DNA of 64,000 nucleotides from a virus: IMG/VR virus record IMGVR_UViG_3300035034_000707, positions 21,130 to 85,129 of that record; one strand, 5' to 3'. Shown piece by piece: positions 56,601 to 64,000 of this stretch (position 1 is its first letter; each line of letters starts with the position of its first letter). The notes under the pieces were generated by a model. It saw only the letters and a program-made list of their open reading frames with translations, ran no database searches and was not told where the DNA came from. The position numbers and the translations under genes were made by a program.

Positions 56601-56987
56601 ATGAAAAATATCATCACAACCGCAGTAGCCCTTGCAGCACTTTCAGCCCCAGCTTTCGCAGGTGGGCCCAACTTCGACCGGCAGGGCAGCGGCAACATCA
56701 AAGGCTCCGCATCCACGCTTGCAGCCTCCGCAGGCGGTAGCCTCGGCAACGGCAACAGCTTCTCAGAAGCGGGCCAGTTCGCGGGCAATACCGGGACGCT
56801 CACGTTCAGCCAAAGCCTCACTGGTAACGGTAAGCAAGGCGGGCTGACCGGCACCGTCACGAATGAGTCCTTTACCTCAGGCTTCGACCGCGCCCGGTCC
56901 AATAACAGCTCTCTGGCTGGTGCTATGCGCGGCGGGTTGGCCGGGGGCACAGGCAGCTTCTGGGGCGACGTGTCCACCGACTGGTAA
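56601..56987 (+). CDS. Secreted Gly/Ser-rich protein
   Basis: Signal peptide MKNIITTAVALAALSAPAFA; AAAGGA RBS. Confidence 0.7.
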   Translation: MKNIITTAVALAALSAPAFAGGPNFDRQGSGNIKGSASTLAASAGGSLGNGNSFSEAGQFAGNTGTLTFSQSLTGNGKQGGLTGTVTNESFTSGFDRARSNNSSLAGAMRGGLAGGTGSFWGDVSTDW

Positions 56988-57073
56988 GCCACCCCTCGGG
57001 GGCGGGTAATCTTGTCCGCCCCCGGTCTACTACCATCACCAACGTCACTACCACCTCAAAGAAGGAACCTACC

Positions 57074-57490
57074 ATGAAGAGCATCATCACAGCCAGCATC
57101 CTCGCCATTACCTTTGCAGCCCCGGCCTATGCAGAAGGGGGTGGCAAGATCAGTTCGGCGTCCAACTCGACATCGACTTCTCAGTCAGCCATTTCGACAA
57201 ATCAGGGCGGGGATGAAGTCAACTCAGCTACGGTCGTGGCTCCCTCCAGCAACAATACCGCACCCTGCGTTATGGCCCCCTCTATCGGCATTGGCGGCGG
57301 CGGGTTCGGCATCGGGGGTAGCACCCCCTATGTAGACCGCGATTGCGTTACCCGGATTGAAGCCCAAATCCTCACGCAGATTGCGGATATGAGGGGCGAT
57401 GCCCGCCGGGCCGCAATCTATCACTTCTGCGTCAACACCCCGACGATGCGCAGGACCATGATCGCTATTAACTGGTGCGCCACCAAGTAA
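57074..57490 (+). CDS. Secreted protein with four Cys
   Basis: Signal peptide MKSIITASILAITFAAPAYA. Confidence 0.7.
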   Translation: MKSIITASILAITFAAPAYAEGGGKISSASNSTSTSQSAISTNQGGDEVNSATVVAPSSNNTAPCVMAPSIGIGGGGFGIGGSTPYVDRDCVTRIEAQILTQIADMRGDARRAAIYHFCVNTPTMRRTMIAINWCATK

Positions 57491-57542
57491 AGTCCTTGGC
57501 CGCAATAGCGCGGCCTTGGATACACCCTAAAGAGGCCCAGAC

Positions 57543-58865
57543 ATGAGCGCTCCATTATACAACCGCTTCCGCCGCTATGCTGACAGGGAAGTCAAACGGT
57601 TCCCCAAGAAGGCCTTTATGCGGCTCATTATCCCGTCTTGGAAACGACCAGACACAAGGGTTTATTCTCTGAGTGACAGGGCCTCCTATGAGGCGGGGTA
57701 CTGGTCCGCCATGAAGCCCTCCGAACTACTCAGGGGCCTATCCATGGCCTACCTACCCACCCCTCAGGTATGGATCGAATTCGATTGGCTCACCTATAAC
57801 AAGGGAACGAACCACGTCCCTTGGGACGACACTACTCAAGAGATAATGCTGGCGAAAGGCAACTCTTATGAAGTCCATAACGCAGAGACTGCCCCGGTTC
57901 GGATAGGGGCTATGTTTTACCAGCCTAACACTCCGCAAGGTAAGGGTGAGTGGCAAGCCCCGGCAGGGTGCATTATGGGGTTTCTATACTACGTCTACCC
58001 CACGGGGACCTGCCTCCTAGGGGCACCCGCTTTCGGGTTTCATACCTCTGAGACAATGGAACCCCCAACCGAATTTATAGACAACCAAGAACAATTGAAG
58101 AGGGCTACCCAAGGAGAGTCCCATAAGTATACCTACCCCCACCTGTTAGACAGAGGGAGTGACGTTTTATTGGAAGAGGTGGCCTTGGGAACCTCCTATT
58201 GCCGCAGTTACCAAGAACTAGAGCCGCGCCTACTTAAACGCCTGCAAGACCGGATGATGCTGACGACCCTAGCCCATAGGCCCGTCCCACTGTGGTCACA
58301 GATAGATGGGACAACGCGCATCGCCTTATCCCTCCTAGTCGCCGCCCTGAGCGCCAAACCCCCTCATTACGTCCCGGTACTCGACAAAGACGGGAACCCC
58401 CTCCCAGAGCGCCCCAGAGGGTCAGAGCGGGACCGTCCTATAGAGGTGGACGTATTCATCCGGGACCGCCCGCACAAACCGGGCCGCAGTATCCGGGCCA
58501 GCGTAGGTCACCTAGAGGCCGTCAAGAAGGGCCTGCACACGGTCGCGGCTCATTACGCCTACCGAAGCCGAGCAGACGGGGGTGACCCCACTCAGTGCCG
58601 CCGTGCTCCGGCCCACGACTTTGAAAAGATCGAAGGAAGCAAGTCAGAAGTCTGCACCTTCTGCGGCCAGAAACGGTGGTTCAAAGAAATGCACGAACGC
58701 GGGGATGTAGCCTATGGGGTTGTCCCCCAAAAAACCTACAACGTCCGGGCTGGCTTTTCCCGGACCATGACTACTGAGGAGAAAGCTAATGAAGACCAAA
58801 CTCAAGACCAAACTCAAGACCAAACTCAAGCCCAAACCCAAACCCAAACCCAAACCCAAGAGTGA
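57543..58865 (+). CDS. Hypothetical protein with C-terminal His/Cys cluster and QT repeat tail
   Basis: 440-aa ORF. Confidence 0.75.
   Translation: MSAPLYNRFRRYADREVKRFPKKAFMRLIIPSWKRPDTRVYSLSDRASYEAGYWSAMKPSELLRGLSMAYLPTPQVWIEFDWLTYNKGTNHVPWDDTTQEIMLAKGNSYEVHNAETAPVRIGAMFYQPNTPQGKGEWQAPAGCIMGFLYYVYPTGTCLLGAPAFGFHTSETMEPPTEFIDNQEQLKRATQGESHKYTYPHLLDRGSDVLLEEVALGTSYCRSYQELEPRLLKRLQDRMMLTTLAHRPVPLWSQIDGTTRIALSLLVAALSAKPPHYVPVLDKDGNPLPERPRGSERDRPIEVDVFIRDRPHKPGRSIRASVGHLEAVKKGLHTVAAHYAYRSRADGGDPTQCRRAPAHDFEKIEGSKSEVCTFCGQKRWFKEMHERGDVAYGVVPQKTYNVRAGFSRTMTTEEKANEDQTQDQTQDQTQAQTQTQTQTQE
58792..58860. repeat. Tandem repeats: 12-bp AAGACCAAACTC x3 then 6-bp CCCAAA x4-5
   Basis: Read directly from sequence. 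Confidence 0.9.
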
Positions 58866-58874
58866 GGTCCCGGG

Positions 58875-59237
58875 ATGATACTCAAGCATACTAAACCATG
58901 CACCGAATGTCCTTGGCGTAAGAAAGCACTAAAGGGCTGGCTAGGCGGACACCGCGCGACCTTCTACGCGGACGCAGTAGCCGCAGGAGAGGCCCCGGCC
59001 TGCCACCAGAAGGACTACGGCCCCGAAGACGACCGAACGGCCTTCTGCGCGGGCGCGCTGATCTGCATGAAGAACCAAGCGATGCTACCTGTGGCGCGCT
59101 GGCCCGGGCAGGAAACAGTGGTAGAGGTAATGGCCTCAATTCAACGGGACCCCACCGTGTTCAGGCATCATGCCGACTTTTATCACTGGCACACCGACAA
59201 GCAGTGGATACCCCCAATTCTGAGGCAAACGGAATGA
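58875..59237 (+). CDS. Cys-rich hypothetical protein
   Basis: PCTECPWRK...CH...CAG. Confidence 0.7.
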   Translation: MILKHTKPCTECPWRKKALKGWLGGHRATFYADAVAAGEAPACHQKDYGPEDDRTAFCAGALICMKNQAMLPVARWPGQETVVEVMASIQRDPTVFRHHADFYHWHTDKQWIPPILRQTE

Positions 59238-59458
59238 CCCGCAAGATAACCATAGTCGCGCAGAAGGAATTCACCTCGGCCCAGATAAAGCGTCAGACGG
59301 CCAAGGCGCGCAATAAGACCCTGCCCGAAGCCTTCGAAGCAACAAGGCAGTACCCAGCCCTACTTCAATTAGGGGAGGCCAGAGGGCCGAACGGTTGGTG
59401 GCGCAGGCTTTACCTGCTAAGACACACTGGCCCGCACCACGAAGGCCGAAACACATGA
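59234..59458 (+). CDS. Hypothetical protein
   Basis: ATGA-coupled on both sides. Confidence 0.55.
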   Translation: MTRKITIVAQKEFTSAQIKRQTAKARNKTLPEAFEATRQYPALLQLGEARGPNGWWRRLYLLRHTGPHHEGRNT

Positions 59459-59622
59459 GCGCCGGGGCCGTGATCAAAGCTGCGTATGGGATGATGGCCG
59501 GGACGGCAGGGGAAATCAGCATGACCCTAGAGCGCCAGCGCCCGGCCAGTAAGAAAGACCTACGCATATGGGTCACCAGCTTGCGCGCCGCTGCTAACGA
59601 ACTCGAAACCCTCATTAAGTGA
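59455..59622 (+). CDS. Hypothetical protein
   Basis: ATGA-coupled. Confidence 0.55.
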   Translation: MSAGAVIKAAYGMMAGTAGEISMTLERQRPASKKDLRIWVTSLRAAANELETLIK

Positions 59623-59651
59623 TCGTAAGATCACCAGAACAGGAGACGACG

Positions 59652-59867
59652 ATGCCTAAGACGATATGGGTCACTCATACCCTCTATAAGGAGAACGCCA
59701 ACGATGGCATAGAATATTTCACTACCAAGGCAGCGTTAGCTCTAGCTGTGGAAACCAATGAGGCGGTAGGCGGCACGGTCCAAGTCTATAAGTGCACCCC
59801 CGTAAAGCATGAGGTATATACCGAAGCTGTATCTATCAGCCTAGAAGGGGACCCCGATGGACGATAA
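59652..59867 (+). CDS. Hypothetical protein
   Basis: AGGAG RBS. Confidence 0.6.
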   Translation: MPKTIWVTHTLYKENANDGIEYFTTKAALALAVETNEAVGGTVQVYKCTPVKHEVYTEAVSISLEGDPDGR

Positions 59868-60432
59868 GCTAGCCGATACCCGCCCACTTTACTGCCATGA
59901 TCGCCTCAGAGAAGCCGGGAAAGGGAACCCACAAACTGAATGTCTGGCGTGTAGCCGTTCTGTATGGAAAGGCGCGGTATGCCCCCATGCGGCCCCCACA
60001 GCCGCGCACGCAACCAGTAGCTGTTCCTCTTGCGATGGCGAGGGCCTGACCCTTGGAGACGGCGGCGATCCGAGGCTATGCCCTGCGTGCCAAGGGGACG
60101 CCGTAGAACGCACCCCCACAGCCGCCGAACAGGATGGAGTAGACTGGGTAGATGAGACCTGCCCGGCACCCGCCCTCGCACCCGCCCTCGCACCCGCCCT
60201 CGCGCGCGTACCGGCGGGTGGCCCCATGACGCTTACCCTCACGACGACACGACTGACTGAGATAGCCCGTACCATGTGGCGCATGGATGAAGAATTCCTT
60301 GATATGGTCCATGACCCCTACCCCCGGACGAATGAGGCATACAGCACCCTGCCTCCGAGTGTGCAGAGGAAATGGATGTTCCGTGCAGAGACGGCCCTTC
60401 GAGTGTTCCTTGGTCAGTATCCTACCGGTTGA
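59857..60432 (+). CDS. Cys-rich hypothetical protein (DnaJ-like CxxCxG motifs)
   Basis: CSSCDGEG, CPACQG; contains GCACCCGCCCTC x3 at 60166-60201. Confidence 0.6.
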   Translation: MDDKLADTRPLYCHDRLREAGKGNPQTECLACSRSVWKGAVCPHAAPTAAHATSSCSSCDGEGLTLGDGGDPRLCPACQGDAVERTPTAAEQDGVDWVDETCPAPALAPALAPALARVPAGGPMTLTLTTTRLTEIARTMWRMDEEFLDMVHDPYPRTNEAYSTLPPSVQRKWMFRAETALRVFLGQYPTG

Positions 60433-60457
60433 CGAACTTTAATCGGGGGGCTATAAT
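60429..60457 (+). promoter_or_regulatory. Phage promoter TTGACG-17-TATAAT
   Basis: Near-consensus sigma70; leader CACCACA + TTGGAGA. Confidence 0.85.
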
Positions 60458-60501
60458 GGCCCCTCGGCTACCTACCACCCACCACACATTGGAGACTACC
60501 C

Positions 60502-61122
60502 ATGCCCAAGAAATCGAACATCGTCAGCGATACCGCTGGCCTCCACCTAGGTATGGCTCCGGCCAAGCGACCCGTTGGCCGTCCCAAGGGATCAAAGAAC
60601 CGGCCCCGCGCATTAGCGGCGGAAGCCAAGAAGGATGCCGTCACGACCGCATCTGTACCCGAGAAACCCGAGACCGGGATTGAGACCAAGCCCAAGAAGC
60701 CCAAGACCACCTCCGCCGGGAATTCCTCACCTGCACTTATCAAGGCTAGGGACTACATTGATAAGCTGCATACAAAACTTGGCGAACTGCGCGAACGTAA
60801 CAGGGACCTGACCTCTGAGATAGCGGTTGAAGAGGCTAAGTATCGGGATGAGCACAAGGACCTGAAACAGCGGGCTTTGTCCGCCTATGCAGAGGCGCAG
60901 GAGTGGAAAGACAAGTATGACGCGCTCCTGAACGATATGACCGAAGTAGCAGCAGACAATGCCAAGACCGAACAGGAGAACCTAGCCCTGAAAGAGAAGT
61001 GCCACGACCTAAACACCAGCATTATCGAAACCCTGAGCAAGGCCCGGCAAAGTAATGCGCGCGCTGACATGGGGCTAGACGCCATCGAAGCCCTTGGGCG
61101 CGGCCTATCGGCAGGACAGTGA
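60502..61122 (+). CDS. AT-hook-like + coiled-coil protein
   Basis: RPVGRPKGSKNR then long heptad region. Confidence 0.7.
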   Translation: MPKKSNIVSDTAGLHLGMAPAKRPVGRPKGSKNRPRALAAEAKKDAVTTASVPEKPETGIETKPKKPKTTSAGNSSPALIKARDYIDKLHTKLGELRERNRDLTSEIAVEEAKYRDEHKDLKQRALSAYAEAQEWKDKYDALLNDMTEVAADNAKTEQENLALKEKCHDLNTSIIETLSKARQSNARADMGLDAIEALGRGLSAGQ

Positions 61123-61334
61123 CCATGGCCGACAAGCGAAAAGACCTTCGGGCTATTGAAGCCCGGATAGCCGTAAAACTAGACGGCCTGACCGCCTGCC
61201 GCGAGATAATGCTAAAGGTAATGGACCAGCTAATCCAACTTGAAATCCAACGTGACATGATGTTGAAGAGGAACCCCACATGGAAGACCTACCGAACCAA
61301 GCGACCATCAACGCCCACATTAAGCAGGCCGTGA
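61119..61334 (+). CDS. Hypothetical protein
   Basis: Coupled small ORF. Confidence 0.5.
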   Translation: MTMADKRKDLRAIEARIAVKLDGLTACREIMLKVMDQLIQLEIQRDMMLKRNPTWKTYRTKRPSTPTLSRP

Positions 61335-61672
61335 CGATGATGAAAGCGGGCGCGCGTATGACGCTCGGTGACATACCCGGGGACCCTACCCTAAGCTATG
61401 CCGCTTTCCCCGGCCCAGTGGTGGCTTATATGGGCGCTCTGCTAGGGGTAGTCGTAGAGGCTATGGCGGAACCCTCTGAACCAGAGGATCATACCGCAGA
61501 GGGGGTGGCCCTACTGGTCGCTCAGGCTATCGCCTATGAGGGAAGGGCCTCTAACGATGCCAGCGAGGACGCTGGCGACTTCTGGAAACACACATCGGAA
61601 GTACAACAGCAGATCGCGATGAAGCAGGCCAGAGCCGTGTTGGCCCTTGGAGACATATCAGCAGGTGGATAA
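61280..61672 (+). CDS. Hypothetical protein
   Basis: GAGGA RBS. Confidence 0.6.
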   Translation: MEDLPNQATINAHIKQAVTMMKAGARMTLGDIPGDPTLSYAAFPGPVVAYMGALLGVVVEAMAEPSEPEDHTAEGVALLVAQAIAYEGRASNDASEDAGDFWKHTSEVQQQIAMKQARAVLALGDISAGG

Positions 61673-61958
61673 CCCAACGAACCCCCCTTGGCCGGATAAG
61701 GCATGGCTTCGGCGGCATCCATATGAGCCTGACTGGACGGGCGACCCCGATCTGGTTACCCCACAGCATGAAGAATATCACAGAGGTAGTGCACCTAAGA
61801 TCACTTCCGAACAGGCGGCGGCTATTCTCTTGGGGGATGAAAACGCGGTAGCCTACATCGCCATCGAAACGATGAGGGCGAATAACCCGACAGAGGGGGT
61901 GCGCCCCGGCTATATGCCTGCCTTAGTTAAGGGCTTAAAAGCATTTGCCGGGCCATGA
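61665..61958 (+). CDS. Hypothetical protein (start uncertain)
   Basis: Fills gap, ATGA-coupled to RNase H. Confidence 0.5.
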   Translation: MDNPTNPPWPDKAWLRRHPYEPDWTGDPDLVTPQHEEYHRGSAPKITSEQAAAILLGDENAVAYIAIETMRANNPTEGVRPGYMPALVKGLKAFAGP

Positions 61959-62374
61959 GAGCCACCCTGATCACAGACGCATCGTTCTGCCCCAAGACCC
62001 GCGCTGGTGGATGGGCAGTCTGGATCACCTTCGATGGCGGGGTGCGTTGCAAGAAGGCGGGCCGGTTTACTGACAAGCCCCAGCACAGCGTTATGGCAGA
62101 ATGTCGGGCGGCGATGAATGGGTTGGCAATAGCCTACGCTAGGGGCGCGCGGGATATTCTGCTACAGTCGGATTGTATGGCCGTCTCAACGATGCTGACA
62201 CAGGGTAAGTGGGGTTTCAAAAAGGCTAAGACGCTCCACTTCCCCAACGCCGTGATTACCTACAGGCACGTCAAGGGTCATACGAAAAACGGAAATGCCC
62301 GGTCCTACGTCAACAGATGGTGTGACGCGGAAGCCGGGCAGCACATGCGGGCAATGAGAGAGGAAGTGAAATGA
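61955..62374 (+). CDS. Ribonuclease HI-like protein
   Basis: TDAS, AE..A, SDC, HVKGH, N..CD..A. Confidence 0.85.
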   Translation: MRATLITDASFCPKTRAGGWAVWITFDGGVRCKKAGRFTDKPQHSVMAECRAAMNGLAIAYARGARDILLQSDCMAVSTMLTQGKWGFKKAKTLHFPNAVITYRHVKGHTKNGNARSYVNRWCDAEAGQHMRAMREEVK

Positions 62375-62393
62375 TCCCTGAAAGGAAATACCC

Positions 62394-63848
62394 ATGAAGG
62401 CCAGCGTGCGTAAGACCTATGACCTGCGCGGGGTCTACCCTACCGAACTGAACAGCGTGGATGGGTATGCCCTAGGCCGGGCCGTAGCGATAGTCCTGAA
62501 CGCTGAAACAGTTGTCGTGGGCCTAGATAATCGAAGTGGTTCCAAGCGCCTCTACCCCGAAGTATGCCGGGGGTTGTCAGAGTCCGGGGTGGTTTCTATC
62601 TGCTTGGGTCCCTGCACTCTTGACCAGCTTACCTACGCGGTCGGCTCGGTGACAGCAGGGCGCGAACTGCCGGATGCCGGTATCATGCTCACAGGGGGGT
62701 CTGATGATCCGAGGGTAACCGGGCTGAAAATCATCGGACCAGAGGGGGCCGCTTTAACCTCGCACCAGATTGAAATGATAAGGCTTGTGACGCAAACCCT
62801 GCCACCCAATAATGAGGGTACTCCGACAGCAGGCTGCACAGACCATGATGCCACGGAGGGCTACCGCAAATACATGGGGGCTGTCCTGCGCGGGTATGGG
62901 GTCTGGCCCCCCATGGCGTTCAACACCAAACTATTCAAGGTCGTGATAGGGTCCGGGGGGTCTGAGATACTTAAGGCGCTCCTAGGGGCACTACGCGCGG
63001 CAGGGGGCCGGGATAACATCACGTTGATCCCTATGCAGGCGAACCCCTTTTCCCCGGTTATGAGCACCCCGGACCCACAGTCCAATACCGTGAGACGGGC
63101 AATGAAATCTCGGATACGGAAAACCGGGGCGCAGATGGGGTTGGCTTTCAATTCGGATGGGTCCCGGATGGTCCTCTACGATGAAAAGGGAATGATGGTA
63201 CACCCGGCGTTGGTAGGAACCTTCCTCGCAGCCACGGTTCACGCAAAGGTTGGGAAGGTTATGCAGGCGGCGGTGAGCCACGATGCGGTTTATCCCATGA
63301 TGGGAATGTCCCAACATCTGAACTTCCCGTTGAAGCTAAGCATAAACGGCTCTGCCCCTATGCGATCAGCTATGCGAGAAAGCGCCTTGGCCTTTGGGGC
63401 TGACGCCTCCGGGCGCTATTACTTCCAAGATATGTGGTGGTCAGAGAGTGCCGTCCTTGCGGCCTGTATCACCATGCAGATGCTCTATTTCCTAGACGAA
63501 CCTGTAAGCGGTATGGTGGCTACCTGTAACGATACCCTCACGCTATCGGATGAATACCGGTTCCCGGTGCATCACCCCAAAGATGTACTGAGCGTATTAC
63601 AAACAGAACTGGGTCGCGCTGGAAGAACGGGGACCGCACGAGTGGGTGATGATCTGGTGGCTCAGGACATGGGGATGCCTCCGCTATGGCGCGCGGTAAT
63701 CAGGAAGATGGACACGGACGCCTGCCTATCGCTCCGCATGGAAGGGACGTTTAACAAAGACAGTATGCAAAAGCTGCTTGAAGGTTTCAAAACCAGCATT
63801 GAAAGGGCCGATGCTCAATGCTCTGACATAGCCTCTTCAAGAAAGTGA
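62394..63848 (+). CDS. Phosphomannomutase/phosphoglucomutase-fold protein with degenerate active site
   Basis: YDLRG, GLDNRSGS, AGIMLTG...GLKI, GLAFNSDGSR, SGRYYF. Confidence 0.8.
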   Translation: MKASVRKTYDLRGVYPTELNSVDGYALGRAVAIVLNAETVVVGLDNRSGSKRLYPEVCRGLSESGVVSICLGPCTLDQLTYAVGSVTAGRELPDAGIMLTGGSDDPRVTGLKIIGPEGAALTSHQIEMIRLVTQTLPPNNEGTPTAGCTDHDATEGYRKYMGAVLRGYGVWPPMAFNTKLFKVVIGSGGSEILKALLGALRAAGGRDNITLIPMQANPFSPVMSTPDPQSNTVRRAMKSRIRKTGAQMGLAFNSDGSRMVLYDEKGMMVHPALVGTFLAATVHAKVGKVMQAAVSHDAVYPMMGMSQHLNFPLKLSINGSAPMRSAMRESALAFGADASGRYYFQDMWWSESAVLAACITMQMLYFLDEPVSGMVATCNDTLTLSDEYRFPVHHPKDVLSVLQTELGRAGRTGTARVGDDLVAQDMGMPPLWRAVIRKMDTDACLSLRMEGTFNKDSMQKLLEGFKTSIERADAQCSDIASSRK

Positions 63849-63867
63849 TCTTACGATCATTTAGGGG

Positions 63868-63896
63868 TTGACGAACCTATGAAGAGGGGCTAGGGT
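63868..63896 (+). promoter_or_regulatory. Phage promoter TTGACG-17-TAGGGT
   Basis: Leader CACCACAACCT (63904) + TTGGAGA (63920); palindrome 7 bp upstream. Confidence 0.8.
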
Positions 63897-63931
63897 TATC
63901 TCACACCACAACCTAACTCTTGGAGATTAAC

Positions 63932-64000
63932 ATGAACGACTTCATCCATATCAGCACCGCTATCGAACGCCTCTTCCACGGCGCGGACCTGAAACCCACC
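63932..64000 (+). CDS. Hypothetical protein (3' truncated)
   Basis: ATG after promoter and RBS, open to window end. Confidence 0.6.
   Translation, partial: MNDFIHISTAIERLFHGADLKPT

Larger units (their letters stand above)
2677..63860. repeat. Dispersed 16-bp pseudo-palindrome, at least 17 copies
   Basis: Starts at 2677, 6759, 12701, 16155, 21063, 25570, 28483, 35815, 38860, 40940, 47742, 52002, 54949, 55733, 59619, 61789, 63845. Confidence 0.85.

Noticed and set aside
1-64000. Integrase, CI-type repressor, rRNA or tRNA genes
   Set aside because: None recognised by eye in this window; lifestyle cannot be assigned from it

Overview
A 64-kb slice of a tailed dsDNA phage genome, almost entirely + strand. 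The GTA-like tail-tip module (DUF2460, DUF2163, NlpC/P60, megatron) points to an alphaproteobacterial, probably Rhodobacteraceae-like, host (inference). Gene order: tail tip and fibres; lysis cassette; six glycan/methyl-modification genes; replication and recombination (initiator with iterons, DnaB, primase, SSB, SF2 helicase, RecA, nucleases); a ParB/methyltransferase/IbrAB-like cluster; terminase; a truncated PPDK-like dikinase with a CsrA-like gene and two CX5R phosphatases; PolA with two inteins only 12 codons apart; portal; a MuF-ADP-ribosyltransferase; small early-type genes, RNase H and a degenerate phosphohexomutase. The least explained signals are outside the ORF track. (1) About 17 promoters (TTGACNAAC, 17-bp spacer) have leaders sharing CACCACAACC and/or TTGGAGA, and an ~85-nt two-hairpin RNA at 16735-16822 presents the exact complements of these two motifs in its two loops: a candidate genome-wide antisense regulator. 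(2) A 16-bp pseudo-palindrome (GTGATC-NTAN-G[AT][TG]CAC) occurs at least 17 times, mostly within genes. (3) A leaderless 42-aa peptide copies the C-terminal tail of the ADP-ribosyltransferase. All motif counts are from manual reading and all protein families are recognised from motifs, not database searches.
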